A stretch of DNA of 64,000 bases from an uncultured Gemmatimonadales bacterium. GTDB taxonomy: Bacteria > Gemmatimonadota > Gemmatimonadetes > Gemmatimonadales > GWC2-71-9. Where the stretch lies: contig CAWCFX010000001.1 of assembly GCA_963795085.1 (NCBI GenBank), positions 928,001-992,000 of the forward strand, given 5' to 3'. The notes beneath the pieces were generated by a model. It saw only the letters and a list, made by a program, of their open reading frames with translations. It made no database searches and had not been told where the DNA came from. Both the position numbers and the translations under genes were made by a program. Positions 10,301 through 23,543 of the stretch are shown here, piece after piece; the stretch's first letter is position 1; each line of letters starts with the position of its first letter.

Positions 10301-11227
10301 ATGAACCTGTTCGTTACCGGGGCGGACGGGTTTGCGGGGTCGCACCTGGTCAAGCTGCTGCTGGCGCAGGGGCACGCGGTTACGGGCACCCGCCTGGAGT
10401 CGCGGTCTGCCAGCCCGGTGCTCAGCGGGCCGGAGCACGACCGGGTCCGCTGGATTACGATGGACCTGGCCCGGGCCGATTCGGTGCGGGACGCGCTCCG
10501 GGAGGACTTCGACGCCGTAGTGCACCTCGCGGCGGTGGCCGGGTCCCGCGACGCCGGCGCCGACAAGGGCTATGCCTGGGCGGTGAACGCCGGCGGCACC
10601 GCCCGCCTCCTGGACGGTCTGGTGGCCCGGGGCAGCCGGGCCCGGGTGATCGTGGTCTCCAGTTCGATGGTCTATGGCGAGGGCGCCGGCCGGGCCCACC
10701 GGGAGACCGATCCGGTCAACCCGCTGTCGGCCTACGGCGCCACCAAGCTGGGCACCGAGATCTGCGCCCTGCAGTTTGCGCGGCAGCATGGCCTCGGCGT
10801 GATCATCGCGCGGCCGTGGCCCCACACCGGCCCGTACCAGCAGTCGGGCCGGCAGTTTCCCGACTGGCTGGCCCGCCTGCGGAAAGGCGAGACCCGGATG
10901 CCGTTCGGCGACCCCGGCGCGGTGCGGGACTACCTGGACGTGCGGGACGTGGCCCGCGCCTACCTGGCGCTGGCGGAGCGGGGCGCGCCGGGTGAGGTCT
11001 ATAACATCGCCAGCGGGACCGGGCGCACGTTCACTGAATTATTCTCCAGTCTGAGCCGGGCCGCCGGTGTCGCCGCCGAGCTGGTGGCGAGCCCGGACCG
11101 GCGGCGCGGGTGGGATGAGCAATATTCCGTTGGGGATCCAGGCAAGCTGACCGGCGCGACCGGGTGGACCCCCGCCATCAATTTCGACCAGACCCTTCGC
11201 GACATGGTACATGCCCAAGCGCACTGA
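10301..11227 (+). CDS. NAD-dependent sugar reductase/epimerase, Rmd-like (GDP-6-deoxy-4-keto-mannose reductase)
   Basis: [32 protein letters not shown]; directly after gmd. Confidence 0.75.
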   Translation: MNLFVTGADGFAGSHLVKLLLAQGHAVTGTRLESRSASPVLSGPEHDRVRWITMDLARADSVRDALREDFDAVVHLAAVAGSRDAGADKGYAWAVNAGGTARLLDGLVARGSRARVIVVSSSMVYGEGAGRAHRETDPVNPLSAYGATKLGTEICALQFARQHGLGVIIARPWPHTGPYQQSGRQFPDWLARLRKGETRMPFGDPGAVRDYLDVRDVARAYLALAERGAPGEVYNIASGTGRTFTELFSSLSRAAGVAAELVASPDRRRGWDEQYSVGDPGKLTGATGWTPAINFDQTLRDMVHAQAH

Positions 11228-14200
11228 CCTCTCGTCCATCCTGATCATCGGCTCCGGTCCCATCATCATCGGCCAGGGCGCGGAATTCGACTATTCGGGG
11301 ACCCAGGCGGTGCGGGCGCTCAAGGAGGAGGGGTACCGGGTCATCCTGGTGAACTCGAATCCCGCCACCATCATGACCGATCCGGAACTGGCGGACCGCA
11401 CCTATATCGAGCCGGTGACGCCGGAATGGGTCGCGAGGGTGATCGAGCGGGAGCGCCCCGACGCGCTGCTCCCCACCATGGGGGGCCAGACGGCGCTCAA
11501 CGTCGCCATGGCGCTGGAGAAGGACGGAACCCTGGAAAAATACGGGGTCGAGTTGATCGGCGCCGACGCCCGGGCCATCATGATCGCCGAGGACCGGGAG
11601 GAGTTCAGCCGGGCGATGTACCGGCTCGGCCTGGCGACGCCGCAGGGCCGCACGGTGCACGATTTCGACGAGGCGCTCGCGGTGGTGGAGCGGACCGGGT
11701 ACCCGGCCATCATCCGTCCCTCCTTTACGCTGGGCGGCACCGGCGGCGGCATCGCCTACAACCCGGAGGAGTTCGAGGAGCTGATCCACCGGGGGCTGGA
11801 ACTCTCGCCGGTCGGCTCGGTGCTGGTGGAGCGGAGCGTGCTGGGCTGGAAGGAGTACGAGCTGGAGGTGATGCGGGACGGGGCGGACAACGTGGTGATC
11901 GTCTGCACCATCGAGAACCTGGACCCCATGGGGGTGCATACCGGCGACTCCATCACGGTGGCGCCGGCCATGACCCTTACCGACCGCGAGTACCAGCAGA
12001 TGCGGGACGCGGCCATCCGGATCATCCGGGAAGTGGGAGTCGCGGCGGGCGGCTGCAACATCCAGTTCGCGGTGAACCCGGCGGACGGCGAGCAGCTGGT
12101 CATCGAGATGAACCCGCGGGTGAGCCGCTCCTCGGCGCTGGCCTCCAAGGCCACCGGGTTCGCGATCGCCCGGATCGGCACCAAGCTGGCCGTCGGCTAC
12201 CGGCTCGACGAGCTGCCCAACGACATCACGAAGACTACCCCGGCCTCCTTCGAGCCGGTGCTGGACTACGTGGTGGTGAAGATCCCCCGGTTCGCCTTCG
12301 AGAAGTTCCCCGCCGCCAACCCGCGCCTCACCACCCAGATGAAGTCGGTGGGCGAAGTCATGGCGATCGGGCGGACGTTCAAGGAAGCGCTCCAGAAGGG
12401 GCTGCGCGGGCTGGAGATTGACCGACCTGGCTGGACCATCGGCCCGATGCTGCTTGATGACCGGCTCCCCGACGACGCGGTGGAGTCGCTCCGGGCCGGT
12501 CTTCGCACGCCCACGCCGGAACGGATCTTCCAGATCAAGCGGGCCCTTCTCGCCGGCCTGAGCGTGGAAGAGATCTACGAGCTGAGCGCGATTGACCCCT
12601 GGTTCCTGGGGCAGCTGGAGGAACTGGTGGAAGCGGAGGCGGCGTGGCGGACGGTGGCACCGGCGGACCGGCGGACCGCGCTCCGGGACATGAAGCGGCT
12701 CGGCTTCTCCGATCGCCAGCTGGCCGACCTGCAGGGGACCGCCGAAGCCGAGATTCGGAGGGAGCGACACGCCCTCGGCATCCGGCCGGCCTATAAGACG
12801 GTGGACACTTGCGCCGGCGAATTTCCTTCCTCGACGCCTTATCTCTACTCCTCCTACGACGAGGAGAACGAGGCGGTCACCAGCGAGCGGCCGACGGTGA
12901 TGATCCTCGGCAGCGGGCCCAACCGGATCGGGCAGGGTGTCGAGTTTGACTACTGCTGCGTGCGGGCGGTCATGGGATTCCGGGAACTGGGCTACCGCAC
13001 CGTGATGGTCAACTCCAACCCGGAGACCGTCTCCACCGACTACGACACCGCCGACACGCTCTACTTCGAACCGCTGACGCTGGAAGACGTGCTGGAGATT
13101 GCCGCGGTGGAGAAGCCGATCGGCGTGGTGGTCCAGCTGGGGGGGCAGACCCCGCTCAAGCTGGCGCGAGGCCTGGAGGAGGCCGGGGTGCCGATCATGG
13201 GCACCTCGCCGGACGCGATTGACCTGGCCGAGGACCGGGGCCGGTTCGAAGCGCTGGCCCGGGAACTGGGCGTGGCCCAGCCGCCCAGCGGTGCCGCCGA
13301 ATCGCTGGCGGAAGCGCTCGCGGTGGGCGAACGGATCGGCTACCCGATCCTGGTGCGGCCGTCCTACGTGCTGGGGGGGCGGGGCATGCGGATCGTGTAC
13401 GATGCCGCCTCCCTCACCGACTACTTCGCCAGCGCGGTGCGGGTGGCGCCGGGCCACCCGGTGCTGATCGACAGTTTCCTCGAGGACGCGTTCGAGGCCG
13501 ACGTGGATGCCATCGCCGATGGCACCCAGTGCATCATCGGCGGCGTGATGCAGCACATCGAAGACGCGGGGATCCACTCGGGCGATTCCGCCTGTGTGCT
13601 GCCGCCCTACCTGATCACCGACGCCCAGGTGGACCAGATGCGGCAGTACACCCGGGACTTCGCGCTCCGGCTGGGTGTGGTGGGGCTCATCAACGTGCAG
13701 TACGCCATCAAGCACGACGTGGTGTACGTGCTGGAGGTGAACCCCCGGGGGTCCCGCACGGTGCCGTTCGTCTCCAAGACTACCGGCGTGCAGCTGGCCG
13801 GCCTCGCCGCGGCCGTCATGGCAGGCAAGACCCTGGAAGAACTGGGCCTGAGCGACGACGTGCTGCAGCCGTACGTCGCGGTCAAGGAAGCCGTCTTCCC
13901 CTTCAACAAGCTGCACGGGGTGGACCTGGTGCTGGGTCCCGAGATGCGGTCCACCGGCGAGGTCATGGGGATCGCGGACTCGTTCGGGATGGCCTTCGCC
14001 AAGGCGCAGATCAGCGCGGACGGGTCGCTTCCGCTGGAAGGGGCCATCTTCGTGACCGTGAACGACCACGACAAGCCCTCGGTCACGCCGATCGCGCGGC
14101 GCTTTCACGAGATGGGTTTCAAGGTGTACGCCACCGCGGGCACCGCGCGCCACCTGCGGGCCCGCGGGGTCCCGGCGGAAACGGTGCTCAAGGTGTACGA

Positions 14201-14465
14201 GGGAAGGCCCAACGCGATCGACCTGATGCTCTCGGGCCGGATTCACCTGCTGATCAACACCCCGCTGGGCAAGCTGACCCAGCAGGACGACTATGCCATC
14301 CGCCGGTCCGCGTTGCAGCAGCGGGTGCCCTACACCACCACCCTGTCGGCCGCCTCGGCGGCGTCGGACGCGATCATCGCGCTCCGCAGCCGGGAGCGGA
14401 CCGTGACCTCGCTCCAGGAGTGGCACGCGCTGGCGCGTGACTATGCGCGGGAACCGGCCGGGTGA
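11211..14465 (+). CDS. carB: Carbamoyl-phosphate synthase large subunit
   Basis: [30 protein letters not shown]; two ATP-grasp halves; C-terminal MGS domain. Confidence 0.98.
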   Translation: MPKRTDLSSILIIGSGPIIIGQGAEFDYSGTQAVRALKEEGYRVILVNSNPATIMTDPELADRTYIEPVTPEWVARVIERERPDALLPTMGGQTALNVAMALEKDGTLEKYGVELIGADARAIMIAEDREEFSRAMYRLGLATPQGRTVHDFDEALAVVERTGYPAIIRPSFTLGGTGGGIAYNPEEFEELIHRGLELSPVGSVLVERSVLGWKEYELEVMRDGADNVVIVCTIENLDPMGVHTGDSITVAPAMTLTDREYQQMRDAAIRIIREVGVAAGGCNIQFAVNPADGEQLVIEMNPRVSRSSALASKATGFAIARIGTKLAVGYRLDELPNDITKTTPASFEPVLDYVVVKIPRFAFEKFPAANPRLTTQMKSVGEVMAIGRTFKEALQKGLRGLEIDRPGWTIGPMLLDDRLPDDAVESLRAGLRTPTPERIFQIKRALLAGLSVEEIYELSAIDPWFLGQLEELVEAEAAWRTVAPADRRTALRDMKRLGFSDRQLADLQGTAEAEIRRERHALGIRPAYKTVDTCAGEFPSSTPYLYSSYDEENEAVTSERPTVMILGSGPNRIGQGVEFDYCCVRAVMGFRELGYRTVMVNSNPETVSTDYDTADTLYFEPLTLEDVLEIAAVEKPIGVVVQLGGQTPLKLARGLEEAGVPIMGTSPDAIDLAEDRGRFEALARELGVAQPPSGAAESLAEALAVGERIGYPILVRPSYVLGGRGMRIVYDAASLTDYFASAVRVAPGHPVLIDSFLEDAFEADVDAIADGTQCIIGGVMQHIEDAGIHSGDSACVLPPYLITDAQVDQMRQYTRDFALRLGVVGLINVQYAIKHDVVYVLEVNPRGSRTVPFVSKTTGVQLAGLAAAVMAGKTLEELGLSDDVLQPYVAVKEAVFPFNKLHGVDLVLGPEMRSTGEVMGIADSFGMAFAKAQISADGSLPLEGAIFVTVNDHDKPSVTPIARRFHEMGFKVYATAGTARHLRARGVPAETVLKVYEGRPNAIDLMLSGRIHLLINTPLGKLTQQDDYAIRRSALQQRVPYTTTLSAASAASDAIIALRSRERTVTSLQEWHALARDYAREPAG

Positions 14466-15418
14466 GCGCCCGCGACCCCCGGTTCATCGAACTGCTGGCA
14501 TCGCGAGTCCGGGGCATGGTCAAGGCGGAGGAGCCCCTGGCCCGGTACAGCACGTGGCGGATCGGCGGGCCGGCGACCATGCTGTTCCCCCAGACCCAGG
14601 ACGACGTCCTCGCGGCCCTCCGCCTGGCCGCGGACGCGGGAGTCTCCTGGTTCGCGCTGGGCCTGGGTTCCAACATCCTGCTGCCGGACGAAGGGCTGGA
14701 CGCGCTGGTCATCCGGGTGGGCAAGGGTCTCGATGGCATTCGGAGCGACGGGTCTCGCTGGTGGATCGGCGCCGGGTTGCCGGCGCCCCTGGCCGCCCGG
14801 AAGACCGCCGAGGCGGGGTGGGGCGGCCTGCACAAGATGGTCGGGGTACCCGGGAGCGTCGGCGGGGGCGTGTACATGAATGCCGGGTGCCATGGGGCGG
14901 AGTGGTCGGACGTGATCACCCGGGTGACGGTGGCCGACGCGGCGGGGTCGGTCACGGTGCGGGAGCGGTCCGCCATTCCGTTTCAGTACCGGTGGAGCGG
15001 GCTGGAGCGCGCGGTGGTGCTGGAGGTAGAGGTCGAGCTTCGGCCCGAGGAGAGCCACCGGCTCACCGACGAGGTGGCCGAGTTGTTCCGCTGGCGGCAG
15101 GAAGGCACCCCGTTCAACCAGCCCTGCTGCGGCAGCACCTTCAAGAACCCGGGCGGCGTCTCCGGGGTGGTGGAGGGGGGGCCGAAGACGGCGGGCCAGC
15201 TGATCGAGGCAGCCGGGCTCAAGGGCCACCGGGTTGGCGGCATCCAGGTTTCGCCGATGCATGCCAACTATTTCGTGAACACCGGCGGGGGGAGCGCGGC
15301 GGAGGTACGGGCGCTGATCGCCCAGGCGCAGGCCGCGGTCCGGGAGCGCTTCGGGGTGGAACTGGAGACCGAGGTCAAGCTGGTGGGGCCGGATGGCCGG
15401 TACCAGGTGAGCGACTGA
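14462..15418 (+). CDS. murB: UDP-N-acetylenolpyruvoylglucosamine reductase
   Basis: [50 protein letters not shown]. Confidence 0.95.
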   Translation: MSARDPRFIELLASRVRGMVKAEEPLARYSTWRIGGPATMLFPQTQDDVLAALRLAADAGVSWFALGLGSNILLPDEGLDALVIRVGKGLDGIRSDGSRWWIGAGLPAPLAARKTAEAGWGGLHKMVGVPGSVGGGVYMNAGCHGAEWSDVITRVTVADAAGSVTVRERSAIPFQYRWSGLERAVVLEVEVELRPEESHRLTDEVAELFRWRQEGTPFNQPCCGSTFKNPGGVSGVVEGGPKTAGQLIEAAGLKGHRVGGIQVSPMHANYFVNTGGGSAAEVRALIAQAQAAVRERFGVELETEVKLVGPDGRYQVSD

Positions 15419-15503
15419 TCCGCACCCGGCCCGCCGCGTCGCGAGCGGTGCCGCCGCGCGCTCCGCGGTGAGCCGACGGAGAAACCCAGGGAGCCAGGGA
15501 CCA

Positions 15504-16094
15504 ATGTCTGACTATTTCGTGCATGAAAGCAGTTACGTCGACGATGGCGCCGTCATCGGCCAGGGCAGCAAGGTCTGGCACTTCTCCCACGTGATGAGCG
15601 GGGCCGTGATCGGCGAACGCTGCAACCTGGGGCAGAACGTGGTGGTAATGCCGGGCACCCGGCTGGGGAACAACGTCAAGGTTCAGAACAATGTCTCGAT
15701 CTACGAAGGGGTGGAGATCGAGGACGACGTCTTCTGCGGCCCCAGCTGCGTCTTCACCAACGTGATCAATCCGCGGAGCCATGTTTCCCGGAAATCGGAG
15801 TACCAGCGCACCCTGGTGCGGCAGGGGGCGTCAATCGGCGCCAACGCGACCATCGTGTGCGGATCCACCCTGGGGCGCTACGCATTCGTCGGGGCCGGCG
15901 CCGTGGTCAAAGGGGAGGTTCCCGACTTCGCCCTGATGGTCGGGGTGCCGGCCCGGCGGGTTGGCTGGATGTGCCAGTGTGGCATACGGTTACACCTCGA
16001 GGGCGGGAAGGCGGCATGTGGCGCCTGCGGGGCATCGTACGAAGAGAAAGACGGCCTGCTCCGGCTCGTTGATCTTCCCTCGAAGCAGGGCTAA
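15504..16094 (+). CDS. WbpD/WlbB-like nucleotide-sugar N-acetyltransferase (hexapeptide repeat)
   Basis: [45 protein letters not shown]. Confidence 0.88.
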   Translation: MSDYFVHESSYVDDGAVIGQGSKVWHFSHVMSGAVIGERCNLGQNVVVMPGTRLGNNVKVQNNVSIYEGVEIEDDVFCGPSCVFTNVINPRSHVSRKSEYQRTLVRQGASIGANATIVCGSTLGRYAFVGAGAVVKGEVPDFALMVGVPARRVGWMCQCGIRLHLEGGKAACGACGASYEEKDGLLRLVDLPSKQG

Positions 16095-16227
16095 GTTTAG
16101 CGGCTGTTTGGGCTTATAGCTCATCAGCAAGGTTGCTGGAACGCTCCGAGCGGAGCGAACGGTGGAGCGGAACGGCCATGCGCCCTCTGCCATGCGCCAC
16201 ATGCTCACATCAATTGAGGCCTCTGTT

Positions 16228-17343
16228 TTGAACGTCCCCCTGCTGGATCTTGTCGCGCAATATCAATCCATCAAGGATGATGTGCTCCCCGCCATGATGG
16301 CCGTAATCGAACGCCAGGGCTTTATCATGGGCGCCGAAGTCGGCCAGCTGGAGAGCGAGATCGCCGCCGTCTGCGAAGCGAAATACGGCATTGCCTGCGC
16401 CAGCGGCACCGATGCCATCCTGCTGCCGCTCAAGGCGCTCGATCTCGAGCCCGGGGACGAGATCATCGCGCCGGCGTTCACCTTCTTTGCCACGGCCGGG
16501 GCCATTCACAACGCGGGCGGTACGCCGGTGTTCGTGGACATGGACCCGCTGACCTTCAACGCCTCACCCGCCGCCATCGAGGCCGCGCTCACGCCGCGGA
16601 CCCGGGGGATCGTGGTGGTGCACCTCTTCGGGCAGATGGCGGCGATGGAGCAGATCCTTCCCATCGCCCGCAAGCGCGGCATCGCGGTCATCGAGGACGG
16701 CGCCCAGGCGGTGGGAGCCCGGCGCAAGATCGACGGGGCGTGGAAGGTGGCCTGCGGCATGGGGACGGCCGGCACCCTGTCGTTTTTTCCCAGCAAGAAC
16801 CTGGGCGCCTGGGGCGACGGCGGCATGATGATTACGCAGGACGAGGCCCTTGCCACCCGGCTCAAGCGGCTCCGGCTGCATGGCGGCGCGCGTGAGTATC
16901 ACCACGACGAAGTGGGCACCAACAGCCGGCTGGATACCCTGCAGGCCGCCGTGCTCCGGGCCAAGCTGCCCTACCTGGCCGGCTGGAGCGCGGCCCGGCG
17001 GGAGCGGGCGGCCCGCTACACGGCAGCTTTCCACGGCCAGTCGGCGATCACGCCTCCCCATACCGACCCCGCCAACGAGCACATTTTCCACCAGTACACC
17101 ATCCAGGTGCCCGACCGCGACAAGCTGGGCGCCCACCTCAAGGCCCGGGGTATCGGCAGCAAGGTGTACTACCCGGTGCCCCTGCACCTGCAGCCCTGCT
17201 TTGCCCACCTGGGTTACCAGCGCGGCGCGCTGCCTCACACCGAACAGGCGATGGACCGGGTCATTTCATTGCCCATTTATCCCGAGTTGAGCGACGCCCA
17301 ACAGGACGCGGTGATCGGCGCGGTCAAGGAATTCTTCGCGTGA
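16228..17343 (+). CDS. DegT/DnrJ/EryC1/StrS aminotransferase (WbpE-like)
   Basis: TTG start after GAGG; VPLLDL, EDGAQAVG, SFFPSKNLGAWGDGG, NSRLDTLQAA. Confidence 0.9.
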   Translation: MNVPLLDLVAQYQSIKDDVLPAMMAVIERQGFIMGAEVGQLESEIAAVCEAKYGIACASGTDAILLPLKALDLEPGDEIIAPAFTFFATAGAIHNAGGTPVFVDMDPLTFNASPAAIEAALTPRTRGIVVVHLFGQMAAMEQILPIARKRGIAVIEDGAQAVGARRKIDGAWKVACGMGTAGTLSFFPSKNLGAWGDGGMMITQDEALATRLKRLRLHGGAREYHHDEVGTNSRLDTLQAAVLRAKLPYLAGWSAARRERAARYTAAFHGQSAITPPHTDPANEHIFHQYTIQVPDRDKLGAHLKARGIGSKVYYPVPLHLQPCFAHLGYQRGALPHTEQAMDRVISLPIYPELSDAQQDAVIGAVKEFFA

Positions 17344-18353
17344 GCCGGCTGCGCATTGGGGTGATCGGAGCCGGGGCCTGGGGCAACAACCACGTCCGGA
17401 CTATCTCGGGGATGGCCGAGGCGGAGCTGGCGGCCGTCTGCGACATGAACCCGGCCGTCCGGGAGCGTCTGGCCCGGCAGTACCCCGGCACCCTGGTGAC
17501 CGATTCGGTGGAGGAGGTGTTGCGCCGGGTCGACGCCGTGATTGTGGCAACTCCCGCCAGGACCCACGTCGAGGTGGGGCTGCAGGCGGTCGAGGCTGGC
17601 CTTCCGACCCTGGTCGAGAAGCCTTTTGCACTCAACGTCCGGGACGCCGAACGGCTGGCCGACCTGGCCGAGCGGCGGGCGGTCCCCCTCCTGGTGGGGC
17701 ACCTGCTGGAATACCACCCCGTGGTGGAGCGGCTGAAGGCCCTGATCGAGGATAAGTCACTGGGGGACCTGTATTACCTCTACGCCCAGCGGGTCAACCT
17801 GGGGCAGGTCCGGCCCGACGAGAACGCGCTCTGGAGCTTCGGGCCCCATGACGTCTCGGTGGCACTGTTCCTGCTCGGCGAGGCGCCTGTCACCGTCTCG
17901 GCCCAGGGGCGCTCGTACCTGCAGAAGGGCATTGAGGATATCGTCTTCCTCAACATGACCTTCCGGTCGGGGGTGATGGCCCACGTCCAGATGTCCTGGC
18001 TGGATCCCCACAAGGAGCGGCGGCTCACGGTGGTGGGCTCCCGGCAGATGGCGGTGTTCGACGACATGGCCAGCCGGGAGAAGCTGCGCATTTATGACAA
18101 GGGCGTGGACCGGCCGCCGGAGTACAAATCCTATGGCGAGAGCCTGAGCATCCGGGAAGGGGACATTTTCATCCCCCGGGTGCCGAACACCGAACCGTTG
18201 TCGGCCCAGTTACAACATTTCATCCGGGTGGCGCGCAAGGAGATCCTGCCTCGCGCCGACGCCCGGGATGGAGTGCGAACCGTGCGCGTGCTGGAAGCGG
18301 CGAGCCGCTCGCTGTCCCAGGGGGGCGCACCTATCTCGGTTGAAGGAGTGTAA
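17340..18353 (+). CDS. Gfo/Idh/MocA oxidoreductase (WbpB-like 3-dehydrogenase)
   Basis: IGAGAWG, LVEKP, WSFGPHD; lies between the aminotransferase and the dehydrogenase. Confidence 0.85.
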   Translation: MSRLRIGVIGAGAWGNNHVRTISGMAEAELAAVCDMNPAVRERLARQYPGTLVTDSVEEVLRRVDAVIVATPARTHVEVGLQAVEAGLPTLVEKPFALNVRDAERLADLAERRAVPLLVGHLLEYHPVVERLKALIEDKSLGDLYYLYAQRVNLGQVRPDENALWSFGPHDVSVALFLLGEAPVTVSAQGRSYLQKGIEDIVFLNMTFRSGVMAHVQMSWLDPHKERRLTVVGSRQMAVFDDMASREKLRIYDKGVDRPPEYKSYGESLSIREGDIFIPRVPNTEPLSAQLQHFIRVARKEILPRADARDGVRTVRVLEAASRSLSQGGAPISVEGV

Positions 18354-19639
18354 TGACGACTGCCGCGGAGTTGATCAAGAAGGCCGAAAAGCGGGAAACC
18401 CTGTTCGGCATCATCGGGCTGGGGTACGTGGGGTTGCCGCTGGCGGTCGAGCTGGCCAACGCCGGCTACCGGGTGCTGGGATATGACATCAGCCAGCGAG
18501 TGGTGGACAGCCTGAACCAGGGCAAGTCCCACATCAAGGACATCTCGGACGCCCAGCTGGGGAAGGTGGCCAAGGCCGGATTGTTCACCGCCACCACCGA
18601 CCCGGATCGGCTGGGCGAGCCGGACGCGATTTCGATCTGCGTACCCACGCCGCTCTCCAAGTTCAAGGATCCCGACGTCAGCTACATCGTGGCGGCCACC
18701 GACGCGGTCAAGAAGACGCTGCGCAAGGGCCAGGCGATCATCCTGGAGAGCACCACGTACCCGGGCACTACACGGGAGATCATGCTGCCCGCTCTGGAGA
18801 GCACCGGGCTCAAGGTGGGCACCGACTTCTTCCTGGCGTTCAGCCCCGAGCGGGTGGACCCGGGGAATCCGAAGTTCCTGACCAAGAACACGCCCAAGGT
18901 GGTCGGCGGCATCACGCCGGCCTGTCTCGAGGTGGCGACGGCACTCTACCAGCCGGCCATTGATACCCTGGTCCCGGTCTCCACGACCGAGGCGGCGGAA
19001 CTGGTCAAGCTGCTGGAGAACACCTTCCGCAGCGTGAACATCGGCCTGGTCAACGAAATGGCCATCGTCTGCGACAAGCTGGGTGTGGACGTCTGGGAGG
19101 TCATCGAGGCGGCGGCCACCAAGCCGTTCGGCTTCATGAAGTTCCTGCCGGGGCCGGGGCTGGGCGGGCATTGCATCCCGATCGATCCGCACTATCTCGC
19201 CTGGAAGATGCGCGGTCTCAACTACAAGACCCGGTTCATCGACCTGGCCGGGGAGCTCAACACCGAGATGCCGCTCTTCTGGGTGCGCAAGGTGGGCGAC
19301 GCCCTCAACAGCAAGGGCAAGTCGGTGCGCGGCTCCGCCATCCTCGTCCTCGGCGTCGCCTACAAGAAAGACATCGACGACATCCGGGAAAGCCCGGCCC
19401 TGGACATCATCCGGCTGCTGGAGCAGCAGGGGGCCCGGGTGACCTATCACGATCCCCACGTGCCCAGCTTCAAGGAAGACGGGCACGAACTCAAGTCGGT
19501 GGCGTTCGGGCCGGAGCAGGTCGCCGCCGCGGACTGCGTCATGATCGTGACCGATCACACGTCCATCGATTACCGCATGGTTCGGGATCGGGCCCAGCTG
19601 GTGGTGGACACCCGGCACGCGCTGCCCCGGGCCGACTGA
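18353..19639 (+). CDS. UDP-N-acetylhexosamine 6-dehydrogenase (WbpA-like)
   Basis: [49 protein letters not shown]. Confidence 0.9.
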   Translation: MTTAAELIKKAEKRETLFGIIGLGYVGLPLAVELANAGYRVLGYDISQRVVDSLNQGKSHIKDISDAQLGKVAKAGLFTATTDPDRLGEPDAISICVPTPLSKFKDPDVSYIVAATDAVKKTLRKGQAIILESTTYPGTTREIMLPALESTGLKVGTDFFLAFSPERVDPGNPKFLTKNTPKVVGGITPACLEVATALYQPAIDTLVPVSTTEAAELVKLLENTFRSVNIGLVNEMAIVCDKLGVDVWEVIEAAATKPFGFMKFLPGPGLGGHCIPIDPHYLAWKMRGLNYKTRFIDLAGELNTEMPLFWVRKVGDALNSKGKSVRGSAILVLGVAYKKDIDDIRESPALDIIRLLEQQGARVTYHDPHVPSFKEDGHELKSVAFGPEQVAAADCVMIVTDHTSIDYRMVRDRAQLVVDTRHALPRAD

Positions 19640-19640
19640 C

Positions 19641-20954
19641 GTGAAGGTCGCCATCGTCGGCAGCGGGTACGTGGGGCTGGTCGCCGGGGCCTGCCTGGCG
19701 GAGACCGGCAACGACGTGATCTGCGCCGACGTGGACCAGGCCAAGATCGACCGGCTCCGGAACAACGATGTCCCCATTTACGAGCCGGGCCTGGAGCCCC
19801 TGATCGAGCGGAACCAGGCCGAGGGGCGGTTGTCCTTCAGCACCGACGTGGGCGCGGCGGTGGAGCGGTCCCGGGTAGTGTTTATCGCGGTGGGCACCCC
19901 GTCGGGCGAAGACGGGTCGGCCGACCTCAAGCACGTGCTCGCGGTGGCCCGGACCATCGGGCAGCACATGAACGACTCCAAGGTGGTGATCACCAAGTCC
20001 ACCGTCCCGGTGGGCACCGCCGAAAAGGTGCGGGCGGCGATCCGGGCCGAAACCGACGTCCCGTTCCATGTCTGCAGCAACCCCGAGTTTCTCAAGGAAG
20101 GCGATGCCATCGACGATTTCATGAAACCGGACCGGGTGGTGGTCGGGGTCGATTCGCTCGAAGCGCGGGAAGTACTGGAGCAGCTGTACGCGCCGTTCAT
20201 CCGGACCGGCAATCCAATCCTCTTCATGGATATCGCGTCGGCGGAGGTGACCAAGTATGCGGCCAACGCGATGCTGGCGACGCGGATCTCGTTCATGAAC
20301 CAGGTCGCCGGTTTCTGCGAGCGGGTGGGCGCCGACGTGCAGGCGGTGCGGAAGGGCATCGGGACCGACCGCCGGATTGGCCCGGCCTTTCTCTTTCCGG
20401 GCCCCGGCTACGGCGGCAGCTGCTTTCCCAAGGACGTGAAGGCCCTGGTGCAAACCGCCCGGGAGCTGGGCATGGAGTTCGAGCTGCTGGAGGCGGTAGA
20501 GTCGGTCAACGCACGGCAGAAGCTGGTGCTGCTGGAGAAAGTGTACGAGAACCTGGGCCGCGACCTCTCCGGCCGGACCGTCGGGGTCTGGGGCCTGGCG
20601 TTCAAGGCGGAGACCGACGACATGCGGGAAAGCCCCTCGATTCCCCTGGTCCGCGGCCTGGTGGCGGCGGGGGCCCGGGTCCGGGCCCACGATCCCAAGG
20701 CGATGGACTCGGCCCGCGCCATCTTCGGCCGGCTGGACGGACTGACCTACGCCACCGATCCCTATGCCGCGGCCGACGGGGCCGACGCGCTGGTGGTGGT
20801 GACCGAGTGGCTGGTGTACCGCAACCCGGATTTTCAGCGGCTTCGGCAAACGCTGAAACGCCCGCTCCTGATTGACGGCCGCAACCTGTTCGACCCCGAG
20901 CGGCTCGGTGCCGACGGCTTCGAATACCACAGCATCGGAAGACGCCGACCATGA
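19641..20954 (+). CDS. ugd: UDP-glucose 6-dehydrogenase
   Basis: [47 protein letters not shown]. Confidence 0.92.
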   Translation: MKVAIVGSGYVGLVAGACLAETGNDVICADVDQAKIDRLRNNDVPIYEPGLEPLIERNQAEGRLSFSTDVGAAVERSRVVFIAVGTPSGEDGSADLKHVLAVARTIGQHMNDSKVVITKSTVPVGTAEKVRAAIRAETDVPFHVCSNPEFLKEGDAIDDFMKPDRVVVGVDSLEAREVLEQLYAPFIRTGNPILFMDIASAEVTKYAANAMLATRISFMNQVAGFCERVGADVQAVRKGIGTDRRIGPAFLFPGPGYGGSCFPKDVKALVQTARELGMEFELLEAVESVNARQKLVLLEKVYENLGRDLSGRTVGVWGLAFKAETDDMRESPSIPLVRGLVAAGARVRAHDPKAMDSARAIFGRLDGLTYATDPYAAADGADALVVVTEWLVYRNPDFQRLRQTLKRPLLIDGRNLFDPERLGADGFEYHSIGRRRP

Positions 20955-21886
20955 GAATTCTCATCACCGGCGCCGCCGGTTTCCTGGGTTCCCACCTGGC
21001 GGACCGGTTCCTGGCTGACGGCCACGACGTGGTCGGGGTGGACAACCTGGTGACCGGGTCCACCGACAACATCGCCCACCTGGCCGGGAATTCCCGGTTC
21101 CATTTCATTCAGCACGACGTCACCAACTTCATTTTCGTGGAGGGCGAGCTCCACGGCGTACTCCACTTCGCGTCGCCGGCCAGCCCGGTGGATTACCTGG
21201 AGCTGCCGATCCAGACGCTCAAGGTGGGGTCGCTGGGCTCCCACAAGGCGCTGGGGCTGGCCAAGGCGAAAGGCGCCCGTTTCCTGCTGGCGTCCACCTC
21301 CGAAGTGTACGGCGACCCCCAGGTGCATCCCCAGCCGGAGAGCTACTGGGGCCACGTGAACCCGGTGGGCCCCCGCGGCGTGTACGACGAGGCCAAGCGG
21401 TTCGCCGAGGCGATGACCATGGCCTACCACCGCACCCACGGCGTGGACACCCGGATCGTGCGGATCTTCAACACCTACGGCCCCCGGATGCGGGCCCGCG
21501 ACGGCCGGGTCGTTTCGAACTTCGTGGTCCAGTCGCTTCGGGGCGAGCCGCTCACGATCTACGGCGACGGCTCCCAGACCCGCTCGTTCTGCTATGTCTC
21601 CGACCTGGTGGACGGCATCGTGCGGCTGTTCCACAGCAACTCGAACGAGCCGACCAATATCGGCAACCCCAACGAGTTTACGGTACTCCAGCTGGCGGAG
21701 AAGACCATCGCGCTGACCGGCTCCCGGTCGGTCATCGAGCGCCACCCGCTGCCGACCGACGACCCCAAGGTGCGCCGGCCCGACATCAGCCTGGCGCGCA
21801 AGACGCTGGGCTGGGAGCCCTCGGTGCAGCTGGACGAGGGACTCCGCAGAACCATCGAGTACTTCAAGGGACGCCTGACGACATGA
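20951..21886 (+). CDS. UDP-glucuronate decarboxylase (UXS family)
   Basis: [58 protein letters not shown]. Confidence 0.9.
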   Translation: MRILITGAAGFLGSHLADRFLADGHDVVGVDNLVTGSTDNIAHLAGNSRFHFIQHDVTNFIFVEGELHGVLHFASPASPVDYLELPIQTLKVGSLGSHKALGLAKAKGARFLLASTSEVYGDPQVHPQPESYWGHVNPVGPRGVYDEAKRFAEAMTMAYHRTHGVDTRIVRIFNTYGPRMRARDGRVVSNFVVQSLRGEPLTIYGDGSQTRSFCYVSDLVDGIVRLFHSNSNEPTNIGNPNEFTVLQLAEKTIALTGSRSVIERHPLPTDDPKVRRPDISLARKTLGWEPSVQLDEGLRRTIEYFKGRLTT

Positions 21887-22851
21887 CTCACGTGCTGGTC
21901 ACCGGTGCCGCCGGGTTCATCGGATCGCATCTCGCGGAAGCACTCACGGCACGGGGCGACACGGTGGTCGGGATCGATAACTTCGACCCCTTCTACCCTC
22001 GCGGTGAAAAAGAACGCAACCTCCGGAAAGTCCGGGAACATCCTTCCTTCAGTTTTCAGCTGCTCAACATCCTTGATGCCGATGGGATCGCCCGGCTGCT
22101 GACCCGGGACTCGGTGATCGTGCACCTGGCCGCCCGGCCCGGGGTGCGGCCCTCGCTGGCCGATCCGGCCGGGTATTCCCGGGTCAACGTGGAGGGAACC
22201 GCCTCCGTGCTCCGGGCCGCGCGGGACACCGGGGTGTCGCGGATCGTCTTCGGATCCTCCTCGTCGGTCTATGGCGACGACACGCCGGCGCCCTTCCGGG
22301 AAGACGCGACCGCGCTCAAGCCGCTTTCGCCCTACGCCGCCACCAAGCGGAGCGGCGAGCTGCTGCTGGAGTCCATGGCGCCGATCTATGGCTTTCGGGC
22401 GGCCGCGCTGCGATTTTTCACGGTGTACGGTCCCCGGCAGCGGCCCGACCTCGCGATCCACGCCTTTGCGCGGCGGATCCGGGCCGGCGAGACCATCACC
22501 CTCTTCGGGGACGGCTCCCAGTCCCGGGACTACACCTATTGCGACGATATCGTTGCCGGGATCATCGCCTCGGTGGACTGGACCGCCGAGGCCCCGGTGG
22601 GTCTCGAGATCTTCAACCTCGGCGGCAACGAGCCGGTGCCGCTCCGCACCATGGTCCAGATGCTGGGCCAGGCCCTGGGCACCGAGCCCAGGGTGAAGTG
22701 GGCGCCCATGCAACCGGGCGATGTGCAGCATACCTACGCCGACCTGACCAAGTCGGGCACCCTGCTGGGTTATCATCCCCGGACGACCTTCGCCGAAGGT
22801 CTCCGCCGGTTCGCCCTGTGGCTGGAGGATCCCGATGAGAGTCAGCGCTGA
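21883..22851 (+). CDS. NAD-dependent epimerase (UDP-glucuronate 4-epimerase-like)
   Basis: [47 protein letters not shown]. Confidence 0.85.
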   Translation: MTHVLVTGAAGFIGSHLAEALTARGDTVVGIDNFDPFYPRGEKERNLRKVREHPSFSFQLLNILDADGIARLLTRDSVIVHLAARPGVRPSLADPAGYSRVNVEGTASVLRAARDTGVSRIVFGSSSSVYGDDTPAPFREDATALKPLSPYAATKRSGELLLESMAPIYGFRAAALRFFTVYGPRQRPDLAIHAFARRIRAGETITLFGDGSQSRDYTYCDDIVAGIIASVDWTAEAPVGLEIFNLGGNEPVPLRTMVQMLGQALGTEPRVKWAPMQPGDVQHTYADLTKSGTLLGYHPRTTFAEGLRRFALWLEDPDESQR

Positions 22852-23539
22852 CCACCAGATCAACCGGGCCCGGGAGCGGTTCGCGCTCCACGACTACTAC
22901 GGCGCGATCCACCTGCTGGAGGAGCTTGCCACCTCGGGGCGGGTGTTCGCCGATGTCCTGCACCTGCTGGGCCTGAGCTACTCCCTGGTGGGGCAGGGGG
23001 ACAAGGCGCTGGAGTTCTTTGACCGCGCGCTCGCGCTCAATCCGCGATACTTCGAGGCCCACGTACACCGGGGCATTGTGCTCAACGAGATGGGGCGCCG
23101 GGGCGAGGCGGAAGCGTCGTTCAAGCACGCCTCCACGGCGAACCCCGAGGCGGTGGACGGCCTGCCCTGGAACGTCGCCGCGCAGCTGGCCAACCAGCAT
23201 GCCGAACTGGGCCAGATGTACGCCCAGGCCGGCGCGCTCAATGACGCCATCCGGGAATACCAGCGCGCCATCACCCTGGGGCCGACCTTCGCGGATCTCC
23301 GGTACCGGCTCGCCCGGCTGATGCTGGAAACCGGGCGCACCCTGGAGGCCCGGGATGAACTGGAGCGGGTGGTGCGCGAGCGTCCCCACTTCCTCGATGC
23401 CCAGGCCGCCCTGGGACTGGCCCGCTATCTCTCGGGCGATGCTCCCGGTGCGGAAGCGATCTGGACCGAGTGCCTCAACATCCGGCCGGAGAATCCCCGC
23501 GTCGAGGCGTACCTGTCGATGATGGAACGGAGCGGGTGA
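22835..23539 (+). CDS. TPR-repeat protein
   Basis: Repeated TPR consensus (e.g. FDRALALNPRYFEAHVHRG; YQRAITLGPTFADLRYRLA). Confidence 0.85.
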   Translation: MRVSADHQINRARERFALHDYYGAIHLLEELATSGRVFADVLHLLGLSYSLVGQGDKALEFFDRALALNPRYFEAHVHRGIVLNEMGRRGEAEASFKHASTANPEAVDGLPWNVAAQLANQHAELGQMYAQAGALNDAIREYQRAITLGPTFADLRYRLARLMLETGRTLEARDELERVVRERPHFLDAQAALGLARYLSGDAPGAEAIWTECLNIRPENPRVEAYLSMMERSG

Positions 23540-23543
23540 GCAA

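Noticed and set aside
11178..14426. 1082-aa antisense ORF opposite carB (similarly 25768-29112 opposite secA, 57541-60099, 52546-55014, 40158-42356, 31552-33558)
   Set aside because: Shadow frames expected from high-GC codon bias opposite well-conserved genes; no recognisable motifs.
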